A model generated the notes under the pieces. That model was not told the DNA's origin, did no database searches, and saw only the letters and a list, made by a program, of their open reading frames with translations. Source: Octopus sinensis (lineage: Eukaryota). Taken from it: 64,000 nucleotides of DNA. Position numbers and translations under genes: made by a program. Positions 1-12,150 of the stretch are shown here, one piece after another (positions within the stretch are counted from its first letter, which is position 1; each line of letters begins with the position of its first letter). The stretch covers positions 76,694,001 to 76,758,000 of the forward strand of contig NC_043001.1 of NCBI RefSeq assembly GCF_006345805.1, given 5' to 3'.

Positions 1-88
1 ATATTTGATCATAAAGACATACACCAGACACACACATACATGTACATTTGTGTTGTGTGTATGCGCGCGCGTGTATGTGTGTGTGTGT

Positions 89-119
<31 letters not shown>

Positions 120-850
120 AGTGTGACTGAGTGTGAAAGCAAGCGCGCGCGTTTTGGTGTGTGTATCAGATTCATAACTTTTCTTAAACAGAGCTTTCTT
201 TGTTTTCGAGAATTCCTGACATCAACAACAAACCAAGATAGTTAAAGCTCTCACCAAACTTCTAAACAACCATATCTTTTTACGCCATTAATTATCTCTT
301 AACTCCACAACTAAATTAATTGTCACCATCACCATCATCATCATCATCATCATCTTCATCATCTTATCATCATCTTATCATCATCATCATATTATCATCA
401 TCATCATCATCATCATCATCACTACCACCACCATCATCATCACCACTGCGACCAATACCATTTACTAGTAACCATAACTTCAACAGCACTGCCATCAACA
501 TCATCACAATTACGACAATGCCACCACCACCACCACCACAAACTTTAGCATCACAGCTACAACCACCATCGCCGTAACCACCACCGCCGCCGCCACCTCC
601 ACCGAAGACACCGCCAGCGCGATCACCATCATCACTATCACTATCACCATCGCCAACGCCATCAACACCGCCATATACCGCCACCTAAATCACCACCACT
701 AACAACAACAACAGTAACAACAGCCACCACCAGCACACCACAGCCACTGCCACTGCCACTGCAGCCACCACCACCACCACCAACAACACCACCACTACTA
801 CCACTGCTATCACCACCGCCACCACCATCACCACCACTGTGACCAATTGT
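1..850. repeat. Compound microsatellite block: (CA/TG)n, (CAT)n, (CAC)n, (CAA)n
   Basis: Directly visible simple repeats; they explain the low-complexity ORFs at 48-870. Confidence 0.95.
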
Positions 851-980
851 GTGTTAACGAAAGACATCACTAAATCACACTGAAAAAATCGTTGGTTTTA
901 TGACAGTTTGGTGTGGCCGCAGTATTGTAGAGTGTGCGTGTTAGTGTTTAAATATGGGTGTCAGTGGATGTGAATGTTTT

Positions 981-1625
981 TTCTACTCTAGGCACAAAGC
1001 CCGAAATTATGGGCAAGAGGGCCAGTCAATTAGATTGACCTCAGTACGCAACTGGTATTTATCGACCTGGAAAGGATAAAAAGCAAAGTCAACCTCAACG
1101 GAATTTAAACTCAGAACGTAAAGACGGACGAAATACTGCTAAGCATTTCGCCCGGCGTGCTAATGTTTCTTATTTCTTTGTTGCCCACAAGGGGCTAAGC
1201 ATAGAGGGGTCAAACAAGGGCAGACAAGGGGATTAAGTCGATGACATCGACCCCAGTGTGTTACTGGTATTTAATTTATCGATCCCGAAAGGATGAAAGG
1301 CAAAGTCAACCTCAGCGGAATTTGAACTCAGAACGTAGCGGCAGACGAAATACTGCTAAGCATTTTGCCCGGCGTGCTAAAGTTTCTTTTTTGTTTTTTT
1401 ACTGCCCACAAGGGGCTACACACAGAGGGGACAGACAAGGACAGACAAACGGATTAAGTCGATTATATCGACCCCAGTGCGTAACTGGTACTTATTTAAT
1501 CGACCCCGAAAAGATGAAAGGCAAAGTCGACCACGGCGGAATTTGAACTCAGAACGTAATGGCAGACGAAATACTGCTAAGCATTTCGCCCGGCGTGCTA
1601 ACGTTTCTGCCAGCTCATCGCCTTA
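981..1625 (-). mobile_element. Three head-to-tail copies of tRNA-derived SINE (family A)
   Basis: The motif aaaggcaaagtcgacc..ggaatttgaactcagaacgta..gcagacgaaatactgctaagcatttcgcccggcgtgctaa occurs three times; the minus strand carries a B-box-like GAGTTCAAATTCC. Confidence 0.85.
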
Positions 1626-2027
1626 TCTATGGGTGTGAATATGCAAGCATGTATGTATGTGTATGTGCGTGTGAGTGTCTTTATGAGTTGCATGCATTGC
1701 GCGTTTTTTGAGAGGGCAGTCACCACCACCACAACCATCACCACCTCCTCCATCGCCATCACTACCACTACTGCTACCACCACCACCACCACACCACCAC
1801 CACCACCACCCACCACCACCACCACCACCACCACCGCCGCCGCCACCATCACCACTACCACCACAGCCGCCGCCGTCGTCGTTGCCACCACTACTACCAC
1901 TATTACAAGTATCACCATCGCCACTACAGCTATCATTACAAATGAGGCATTTAGTGACTGAGTGTCGTAAGCGTCATCCCGATCATTTTCGATGTTAGTA
2001 TATCATTTTCTTTGTCTCGACGTTTAG

Positions 2028-2168
2028 AATTCGAAAAAGTTGGGAGGAAGAACCGTTGAGGCTTGCAAAAAGGTCGAAAACCCGGCTGAAAAAAAATTGT
2101 ACCTCGATGCTATCGACACGACGCTCGCTCACCCAAATTCGGACCAGAGAGTTTAGTAACACACTATC
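2028..2168 (+). CDS. Candidate isolated internal exon (141 bp), product unknown
   Basis: Pyrimidine tract plus AG acceptor at 2026-2027 and GTAAGT donor at 2169. One frame is open throughout (IRKSWEEEPLRLAKRSKTRLKKN...). No homologue recognised. Confidence 0.22.
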
Positions 2169-2902
2169 GTAAGTACACACGCTTAATTAAATACGTTTGG
2201 TGTGGTCCCTGTATTGTTCTTCGTGATGTTATGGCTCATTTTCTAATATTCCTCGTTACCATCGTAACGATAATGGACTATTATCTTACTATATCTTACT
2301 ATCTTGTCTTACCTCTTGAAGATACTTACCTTGGCATAGTAAAACACAAACATTACCTTTGGGGTGGTCCCTATATGTTTTTTTCTGAGTATTATGGTTA
2401 AAATATGCAATGCGATACACCATTTCGTAGTACCGGTATATTCTACGAAATGAGAAAGACGTAGTCATTGTTTCATCTTTCAGATGAAACAATATATATA
2501 TAGTAATATATAAATGAGTAATTTTCACATATGGAAAGAGTAGAGGAGGTCTTCACGGTAATTTTAAGACCAAAACCAGGTTCCTAACTTCAATCCTTGC
2601 CGTGATATCGCATTCTGAAAGCCGCAAAACTTTGACTGCGTTTTCCTGGTTTTTTCTTTTTTTTTTTAGTTGTGGTGCTTGCGATGGTCTGTTACTAAAC
2701 ACCTCAAATACACTTTCCCAACATTGCAACTCTTTTTTGTCTTGTTAGGGTTTGTCGTTGTTGTCATGACGACCACACCACTTCTACAACCACCGGCACC
2801 ACCAACTGGAGTTATTGTTAAATGACACGCTATATTTCCGGCAACCTCTTATTCTTGTGTGTGCGTGTGTGTTGAATGAAGGAAGCAGAAAATAGAGTTC
2901 AC

Positions 2903-3390
2903 GAGAATTTTAATTCACAACGATCGTTTCGACCCAGATGGATCGGTCCATTACAGGTGGAATACTATACAACTGGTTGTGTTGCAGCCACCGGTGCTGA
3001 TGCATCATGTCAGGTTGGCAACAATAACATGCCAAGCGAAACCGATTATATTTAGCAAGATATCCTCTTTAAAACCAGACACCTGAAGAGATGCATCTGC
3101 ACCAAAGGATGCAACACAACCAGCCGTACGTATTCTAGCCGCAAGGGACCGATGCAAGATGGGTCGAAATGATCGTTATGATGAATAAAGATTCTCTTAA
3201 ACTCCCTTTTCGCTTGCTTCTTTATTCTAAACTCAACGAACACTGCGGGATTTCTGAAGTAGATCTAGTGACACCTATATCAAAACTGTGTATGGCATCA
3301 GGTAACCTAAACAACGAAAGTGCTTTAATCGGCATACTAGTAACCGCATACCCAGCGAAAAGCACCGTAAAGGTTGAATTATAAATAGGA
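2903..3390 (+). mobile_element. PLE-type terminal fragment with fold-back inverted copy and degenerate hammerhead
   Basis: Arms 2903-3015 and 3081-3196 are diverged inverted copies. Right arm: CTGAAGA (3083) ... GAAA (3166) TGATCG TT. The left arm retains GAAACGATCGTT on the minus strand. Confidence 0.55.
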
Positions 3391-3400
3391 AATATAAATA

Positions 3401-3805
3401 GGCGCAGGAGTGGCTGTGTGGTAAGTAGCTTGCTTACCAACTAAATGGTTCCGGGTTCAGTCCCACTGATTAACACCTTGGATAAGTGTCTTCTACTTAT
3501 AGCCTCGGGCCGACCAAAGCCTTGTGAGTGGATTTGGTAGACGGAAACTGAGGGAAGCCCGTCGTATATATGTATGTATGTGTATATGTTTGTGTGTCTG
3601 TGTTTGTTCCCCACCATTGCTTGAGAGCCGATGGTGGTGTGTTTACGTCCCTGTAACTTAGCGGTTCGGCAAAATACACCGATAGAATAAGTACTAGGCT
3701 TCCAAAGAATAAGTCCTAGGGTTGATTTGCTCGACTACTGGCGGTGCTCCAGCATGGCCGCAGTCAAATGACTGAAACAAGTAAAAGAGTAAAAGAGTAA
3801 AAGAG
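3401..3805 (+). mobile_element. Full-length CORE-type tRNA SINE (family B)
   Basis: A/B-box-like head, CORE-like accttgg.aagtgtcttc segment, internal microsatellite, and tail ggcggtgctccagcatggccgcagtcaaatgactgaaac followed by (AGTAAAAG)n. Confidence 0.85.
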
Positions 3806-4153
3806 GAAATAGTGGCACACGTCTTTGCCTCTATACATTCAGTGATACTTTACGACAGTGTCGTACGATTATCGACTACTATTTCCAGCAAACATTGGAA
3901 CCGTGTTGTACCACTATTTCCTACAAGTGTGCGTGTGTGTATAATTTTTCTTTATCGTTTTCTTGTTTTAGTCGTTAGACTACGGCCATGTGAGGGCACC
4001 GCTTTGTTTTAGTCGAACAAATCGACGCCAGGCTTTTTTAAAGCCTAGTACTTATTCTATCGCGCTCTTTAGCCGAACCGCTGCCTTATGGGTACGTAAA
4101 CATGCCAACACCGGTTATCAAGCGGTGGTGGGGAATAAACATGGACACAAAGA

Positions 4154-4200
<47 letters not shown>

Positions 4201-4332
4201 ACACACACACACGACCTACATTGGACTCTTCGTATCATTATCGAACCTGGAGCTTAACTATAGTATGTCCATAGCACTTACTCAGCATTACCTGACACCT
4301 CTGGGTCTTCTTGACACCAATACCTTCCATAA

Positions 4333-4380
<48 letters not shown>

Positions 4381-4621
4381 CACACATACATACATAAGGT
4401 TGAAAAGGAACACGCGAGTTGATATGTATGAGGAAAATAAGACAAGGTAGAAAATGGTAAAATAATTATATCATGAAGAACATTTTAGTACTGGTTTTAG
4501 TCTTTGCGACTTTTTCAACTTAGAGTAAAGCATGAAAAATAATTAAATTGTGGAAAAATCAAATGAAATTTTTTTAAAGTCTCTATTCTTTAGAGCGTAG
4601 GCGAGAAAGATATGACATAAT

Positions 4622-5050
4622 ATATACCTGGAAGATCCTGGGAGGACTTGTCCCAAACTTTGGCATCAAGAGTTACACAAATACTAGAACTGGGCGCCAC
4701 TGCATAGTGCCAAGGACTCCAAATTTGCCATCAAGATGTAGGACAAGTACTGCAATAGCCTAGGCTTCAGAGGTCCACAGCTCCTCAATATCCTCCTGAA
4801 GGACCTGAGAGACCTGCATAGGGTGGATGTAGGTGACTTCAAAACAAAGCTGGACCTCTTCCTGTCAAGTGTCCCAGATGAAACAACTTCGCGGGAGGAG
4901 GTGCAGATGAGGGCAGCTGCATCAAACTCTCCCATGCACCAAATGTTAATTCCTAAAAAGCATTCTTGAAGTAAAATTATGCCGCAACACCAAATGGCGG
5001 TGCCCCAGCTTGGCCACAGCTCGTGAGCTGAAACTAGATAAAATAAAATA
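4622..5050 (+). mobile_element. 3' fragment of CR1-clade LINE (same family as 42630-44766)
   Basis: Aligns by eye with the reverse complement of about 42640-43070, including the 3' UTR stem-loop. Confidence 0.85.
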
Positions 5051-5077
5051 AACAATAAATAAATAAAAATATATATG

Positions 5078-5159
<82 letters not shown>

Positions 5160-5181
5160 GTAGATATATACACACACAGAC

Positions 5182-5262
<81 letters not shown>

Positions 5263-5602
5263 CAGACAGATCTCCATTTACAATTGTTCTCCGACCTCAT
5301 ATCTCTTTACCCTAGATTTTCAACCGTAATTCTTTCTAACTCGTCGCTCCTGTTTTCTATTTGACCCTATTTCCTCACTCCGAACCTAAATAGTTTTGTT
5401 CGTTCATGGAAGTAACAACAAGAGCTACAAGCATTGAAATAGATTAATAGTGGTAGTGCTGGCTGCAATGGTGTTGGTGGTAGCGTTGAAGTTGTAGTTG
5501 TTTAACCGCAGGCTAACGCTAGTAGGACAAACAAAAACGACTTGGTAACGGAAGTATTTTGTGGTCGTGTTGGTGATTCTTGTTGTAGCTTAGCGTGCTT
5601 TT

Positions 5603-5957
5603 ATTACCACCGCTGTCGCTAAGGTGGAGGTATTGTTTCAGTCGTGTTTGCTTGTTTGTTTATTGGTTTGTCCGCTGGATGGATTAGGATGAAACTTTCA
5701 GAGATGTTTGGCCTCGTGACTGGCACAAACTGATTAGATTTTGGGATCAATCCGCTACCGGACAAGGATTCTGGATTATTTTTCCTGTTCTTTTACTTAA
5801 TTTTTGAAAGCGGTTAGGTTCATTTTTAGTATTCCCGTTTTTGGGAGGGGTCGAGTTTATTTCAGATATTCCCGTTTTCAAAATCATCTCCGGCTAATCA
5901 TTGAGAGGACATTGGTGTTGCCTTGGCGAAGGTTTGTGCTCTCTGAGTGCTCTTGTT
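5603..5957 (+). mobile_element. Non-autonomous Helentron/DINE-1-like element
   Basis: Subterminal inverted repeat (ctgtcgctaagg / ccttggcgaagg), terminal gagtgctc palindrome and T-rich flanks. Confidence 0.5.
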
Positions 5958-7200
5958 ATTATCTTTTTCTGTATCCAATGTGACTTACTTTTCGTTACAT
6001 AAGACGATTGTTTGTGTCATTTTGCTGCTATTTCTACGAGATTGAGGGAGTGTCCCAGAGACGCTCTCACCGAATGTCGTTATTAGAGGTGGTCTTGTGC
6101 TGGTTGTATTGTTGTTGCTGTTGCTGTTATTGTTGTTGTTGATGTTGTTGTTGTTGGTGGTGGTGATGGTGGTGGTGGTGGTGCTGCTGTTGCTGCTGCC
6201 GCTGGTGCTGGTGCTCTGAGATATCTGTGATGGTGGTGCTGATGATGGTTATAGTAGTCGTGTTAGTAGGTGGATGGTGGCGGTGGTGGTGATGTTATTA
6301 ATTGATCATGGAGATGTTGATGGCAGTGGCGATGGTGATGGTGATGGTGATGGTGGTGGTGGTGGCGGCGGCGGCGGTGGGTGTGGTAGTTCATGTGATG
6401 TTGCAGTGGGGTTGATAGTGGGTAAGAGAGTGCTAACTCTGTGATGGTAATGGTGGTGGTGGTGGTCTTGTGGTTGGTTGCTTAGAAATAGTCATCATTA
6501 CATACAAAGCTGTGGCAAAACAAAAACCGCCATATTTTACACGACCGTAGTTGTAAACATTAGCAAATTTAGTTCTGCCGACCAAATTCATTCACAGGGC
6601 ATTGGAATTATAATAGAAGACATGTGCCATGCCGTAGAACTGAACCCGAAACCGCGTGAATGGCAAAGCGTGCTTCTTAACCACCAAGCCTATATACATA
6701 TGCATATATATATATATATATATATAAACGACATATCCACCGCGGCCCCAGAATAAAACAAACACACACGCAAATATTAAAAATGATATTCTCAAGAGAT
6801 TCTCAAGAATTCATTTAAAAACAGCCCCAATCACTGCTATAATTCATAATGAGCCAATTTTAAGTCACTTGACCATTTAACACCTTACTACTTTCATACT
6901 ACCTACATTCTTTCTTATTCTCCCTTCTCTTCTTCTTCTTCTTCTTCTTCTTCTTCTTCTTCTTCTTCTTCTTCTTCTTCTTTTTCTCCTTATATATATA
7001 CATATATGCATGTATGTATGTATGTATGTATGTTTGTATGTATGTATGTATGTATGTATGTATGTATGTATGCATGCATGTATGTATGTATGTACGTACG
7101 TATGTATGTATGTATGTATGTATGTATGTATGTATGTATGTATGTATGTATATATGCATGTATGTATGTGTATATATATATATATAACTACATTTATATA

Positions 7201-8417
7201 CAGGGTTGGACAAAATAATGGAAACACCTTAAAATTTCAAATATATTTTAATATGGGGTAGGACCGCCTTTGGCAGTAATTACAGCTTGTATTCTACAAC
7301 ATATGGACTCGTACAAAGTTTGAATTGTTTCCAAAGGAATTTTTTCTCCATTCTTCAGCTGAAACAGTCTCTAGTTCTTGTAGTGATGATGGTGGAGGAT
7401 ATCGACTCCTTACTGTGTTGGCCAAATTAGATATCCAACTTCACTAGAATGCTCTTCGTGTCATTCAGTAACAACATTAGCTGTGTGAATTGACGCATTA
7501 TCATTCTGAAAGATTGCGTTTCCCTCCGGAAACAGTCCCGCAACCATAGGATGAATTTGATCAGATAAAATGTTTAAATTGTATTGACTATTAATTCTGC
7601 CATGAAAGGAAACCATTGGGCCCGCGGATTTCCAAGATATAGTCCTCCACATCATGACAGATCTTCCTCCATGTTTAACAGTTGGAAGAAGGCAGTCTAG
7701 GGCAAATGCTTCTTTTGGCTGTCTCCACACGTACACTCTGCCGGTGGTCGGAAATAAGGTAAAGGATGACTCGTCCGAGAAAATAACATTCTTCCATTCC
7801 TCTAGGGACCTATTCTGTAGGTTTTTACTCCACTCTAAACGCTTTGCAACGTTTGCTTTTGAAAGTAGTGGTTTTCTGATTGCAGCCTTCCAGTGAAATC
7901 CAGCTTTGTGCAGCTCCCGGCGAGCAGTTTTTGTGGAAACTGGGTTCTCGAGGTAGTCATTATGCTCTGCAGTAATTTTGGGAGCTGTAGTTTAGTGATC
8001 CTTTCTAACAATTAGCGTAAGAGTCCGATGGTCCCTATCTGAAAGTTTTGGTTTTCTTCCGGAGTTTTGTTTCATCAAGGAGGTGTTCCCCTCTTTCTCA
8101 AAATCTGTCATTACTTTCGAGACAGTATTTCTTGATACATCAAATATTTCAGGTGTTTTCATTACGTTAGCGCCTGCTATATGAACACCAACAATTTGAC
8201 CTTTTTGAAAGTCAAATAGATCTCTCATTTTAATGAATTTTAATTATCTTTTTCTGATGATATCTGAAAGGAAACAACAATTTTTGCAAAACATATTAAG
8301 CAACACTAATAATAAATCAAAAAAGATAAACATATACAAGCTTTTGACGATTTTATAGATATTTCAAAATTATGATGCTATGATGCTAGCTGGTTCCATT
8401 ATTTTCTCCAACCCCTG
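7201..8417 (-). mobile_element. Tc1 (DD34E-type) transposon, defective
   Basis: About 28-bp TIRs (cagggttggacaaaataatggaaacacc) with TA on both sides. Fragments: MRDLFDFQKGQIVG (HTH), SDESSFTL, TVKHGGRSVMMW, QNDNASIHTA. The SPDLNIIE segment is deleted. Confidence 0.93.
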
Positions 8418-8466
<49 letters not shown>

Positions 8467-8627
8467 ATATATATATATATATATATACACATATATAACT
8501 ACATGTATATATGGGGTTTCTATCTATCAGATTCACTTACAACGGTTGCCGAAGGTGACACGCAGTGGGGCCGAACCCAAAACCATGTTACAAGAAATCT
8601 AGTTTCTTAACCACACACACACACACA

Positions 8628-8672
<45 letters not shown>

Positions 8673-9529
8673 CTTTTCTTATTCACACACACACGCACAC
8701 AGTACATTCGCACACGACGGGCTTCCACACATTTTCCTTATACCACATTCTCACACAAGGCATTTGTAGGCCCGCGGGTATAATAGAAAGCAATTGCCGA
8801 AGTTACCACACAGAGAGACTGAAAACTCGCAGTTGCAAAGCGAGCTTCTTAATCATACAGCCATGCAATTGGTTCCACTCTATTTTAGAAAACATGGCAA
8901 TTATTGACAACGTGTAATGATTAATAAAAGCAATATACTACTTGAGATCCAATAAAAATGTATGCTAAACGCATGGGCGTGTAGTTTTAACAGATTAAGT
9001 GATTGAAGTCTCGCTGTGACAGATAATTTGATTAAACCACATGTTATTCTATATAATGCTTAAAAGGACTGACAGCGATAAGCATACAATCACTCTGGTT
9101 GTGTAAATAAGACACCGCGGTGAATACTACGTATCTGCCTGCGGGACCGATTCGAAAAAAACAAACCACGAGACGTTTCGACGAATCATTGTTATCACAT
9201 GAAGAGGGCTTACTCAGAATACAAGGAAGAAAGAGGTGCTTCCCACTCCTCTCTCCCTCTCCCTCCCTCTCTCTCTCTCTTTCACTTTCTCTCCCTCTCT
9301 CTTTCTGTATGCTCAAACAACACAGTCATGTGTGTGTACTATTTGTATGTGTTATTTTATGTTTTAAATATAAATAATATTACTTGTCAAAAAGATCCCT
9401 GATTGAGAATAAAGCAGGACGATAAAACAAATACCAGCTGGACACTGGGGTCGATGTAATCGACTAACTCCTTCCTCTGAAATAGCTGACCTTGCACCAT
9501 GGTCATCAACATCATCATCATCATCATCT

Positions 9530-9564
<35 letters not shown>

Positions 9565-9565
9565 G

Positions 9566-10087
9566 AGTGAGAGAGCAGTGCATGCCATCAAAGTGACATT
9601 GGAGTACAAATATATAAAGCCCAATACACCCATCATGACTACCCGTCTGATAACGGTACACCAGGCACATGCATCACAACCATGTGTGCACGACATGGTG
9701 ATCTCATATCAAGATAAACAGCACATGACCTTGCAGGTGGGGCCCAGTTAGAATTTTCTTCTGGTCGAGTAACCCATCCTGCTCAAAAGGTCCCTGAATA
9801 AGGGTTGTTTAAAGATGTTGAATGAAACACCCATGTTTCCAGAGGTGAATTATTCAAACCCCCAAAGAATCCCTCTCAACACATGGCTATGATGTTCCCT
9901 CACTATTTCTGCTCGTGATCAGAGATGCACATATCATCAGCCACTAAGGGACATACTCAACTGGTTAAGGTCAAACAACTGACGAGCAAATTTGAATATT
10001 TGCTGTAGCCCATATTTTATACCAAGACAAACAATATACATGATAACACTTCCAATCAGTTTAGATCAGAAGCCACGAGAGCCACTG
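9566..10087 (-). mobile_element. Unclassified ORF-less ~520-bp element embedded in (TAA)n
   Basis: Complex sequence bounded on both sides by (TTA)n; it ends ctctctcactc(AAT)n on the minus strand. Confidence 0.5.
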
Positions 10088-10106
10088 CCTGGTACTGCAT
10101 CAGGGC

Positions 10107-10161
<55 letters not shown>

Positions 10162-10184
10162 GTTATTATTATTGTTAAGGTAGT

Positions 10185-10690
10185 GAGCTGGTAGAATCGT
10201 TAGCACACCGGGCAAAATGTTTATTGGTATTTCGTCCTTCTTTACATTCTGAGCTTAAATTCCGCCAGAGTTGACTTTGCCTTTCATTCTTTCGGGTTCG
10301 ATTAAATAGGAACCAGTCGAGCACTGGGGTCGATGCAATCGACTACCCCTTCCCCCAAATTTCAGGTGTTGTGCCTATGGTAGAAAGAATTATTTTTGTT
10401 GCTGTCGTCGTCGTCATCGGTGGTGGTGGTGTTGGCGGCGGCGGCGGTGGTGGTATTGATCTTATCAAAGGCGGCGAGCTGACAAAATCACTGGCACACC
10501 GGACAAAATGCTTAGCGACATTTCGTCCGTCTTTACGTTCTGAGTTCAAATTCCGCCGCGGTCGACTTTGCCTTTCACCTCTTTCTGGATAAAATAAGTA
10601 CCAGTTAAGCCCTGGTCTCGATGTAATTGACTAATCCTTTCTCCACCAAATTTCAGGGTTTGTCAAGATAGCAGAAAGAATTATTAGTGA
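10185..10690 (+). mobile_element. Two family A SINE copies
   Basis: Heads g.gagctg..agaatc.ttagcacaccggg at about 10185 and about 10470, with B-box-like gagttcaaattcc and tail ending ..agaaagaatta. Confidence 0.8.
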
Positions 10691-10831
10691 TATAAAGTCT
10701 GAGAAAAAAAACTATTCCTTCCAGTCTTTTCTGGTGATTGGTTGGCTTATCTGATCACACGGTAAAACTGGCATGGAACCGATTGATAAATTGACTAATA
10801 TGCTAGTATGATATTGTATTGCCTTAGTTAT

Positions 10832-10944
<113 letters not shown>

Positions 10945-11017
10945 GGATACAAAATATGGGGGTTTAGTTCACATGTTTAGGTAGTGGGTAGCGATTTTCT
11001 TCACTACTTCAGTGAGT

Positions 11018-11128
11018 GATGACCCTGCCTGACACGAGTCCCGGGTTCAGCTGGCTCCAGCTGACAGTACCCGGTATGGGCTCCTATCCAGGGTTTCGGA
11101 AAGGAGACAACCTTCAAAGAAATCCGGG
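11018..11128 (+). ncRNA. HDV-like self-cleaving ribozyme candidate
   Basis: Elements occur in HDV order: P1 GA(T)GACCC/GGGTTTC, P2 CCCGG/CCGGG, P3 TGG/CCA, L3 GCTCCTAT, GG for P1.1, P4 AAGG/CCTT, then C11115-AAAG. Confidence 0.55.
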
Positions 11129-11410
11129 CGGAGACCCGTAGGCGGTTTAGTGTTCGACTCGACACTCTTCCGGCAGCTCCTGCAATCAAGCTGGTGCCAA
11201 ACGTAATGCTCTGCACTCCTTTGGACTACGTCAGCAAGGTCGAGAGAAGAATTCTGACGATTGGGCTGCCCAGGATTTTCTTACATCTAGCCCAGACTTG
11301 TGCAGGACTGGAGAGGACATGAAATGTAAAAACCAGACTGGATTAGTTTATGCGCAACTCCATTGTCTCCCGAGACAAAAGGATGCCATAACAACAACAA
11401 CAACAACAAC
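11018..11410 (+). mobile_element. Short non-autonomous RTE-like retroposon with 5' ribozyme and (CAA)n tail
   Basis: GC-rich ORF-less body ending in (CAA)n at about 11389-11411, a tail type typical of RTE. Possible TSD agttcacatgt (10966-10976) / agtccacatgt (11412-11422). Confidence 0.5.
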
Positions 11411-11546
11411 AAGTCCACATGTAATCTAAACGATTAGGTATGCTGGGTAAGTACTGTAACGAATCACCAAGGCTCCAAGGTCATCACTGAGACGGGAGTT
11501 ATGGAACCATTGTAGATTTCTAATATAGCGGATATATAATTGTTAA

Positions 11547-11865
11547 AGAAGACAGCAAACGCTAAGGTAAGACAAACGTCTCATGTTACGTGCGTTATTA
11601 TTATTGGAAAAATCTAAAGTCTTACAGCTGTTTCTGGGATATCCCAAAGTCTAGGATATTCCGCCATCGGAGACATATAGGGAAAATGTCCTCTATGTCA
11701 TCGTTTCATTAATCTGCATTCTTCACATTCTCCCTATTTGTCTCCGATGATGGAATATCCCATACTTTGGGATATTCCAGAAACAGTTGTAAGTCTAAAT
11801 TTTTCCAATAATAATAACGTATATGACTTGAGATGTCTGTCTTGCCTTAGCGTTTGCTGTCCCCT
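11547..11865. mobile_element. Fold-back MITE, Kolobok-type (TTAA TSD, purine termini)
   Basis: About 140-bp imperfect inverted arms; TTAA at 11543-11546 and 11866-11869; termini AGAAGAC/GTCCCCT. Confidence 0.7.
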
Positions 11866-11870
11866 TTAAC

Positions 11871-11957
<87 letters not shown>

Positions 11958-11973
11958 CAGACAGAAGTGAATA

Positions 11974-12150
11974 CGAGGTCTGACCAATAAGCATCCGGAC
12001 TGTTGCCATAGTAACGAAGCTAAAACACGCATAGTGAAGCCGCTTGGCAAAAATTTACCTTGAACTCTGTTGTGCATGCGTAATAAGTTTTAACGTTTTA
12101 GCTCACTTCCGCTGCTTACAGCAGTCCTTGGAAGGAACGTGTGCAGTGGC
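11974..12150 (+). mobile_element. Mariner terminal fragment
   Basis: TA followed by cgaggtctgaccaataagcatccggac, a mariner-like TIR. Confidence 0.5.

Noticed and set aside
48-1998. Pro/His/Thr/Val-rich ORFs
   Set aside because: Translations of trinucleotide and dinucleotide microsatellites; the same applies to similar ORFs across the window.
10020-10087. HDV-like ribozyme at the 5' end of the (TAA)n-embedded element
   Set aside because: Could not form P1 and P3 in the required order.
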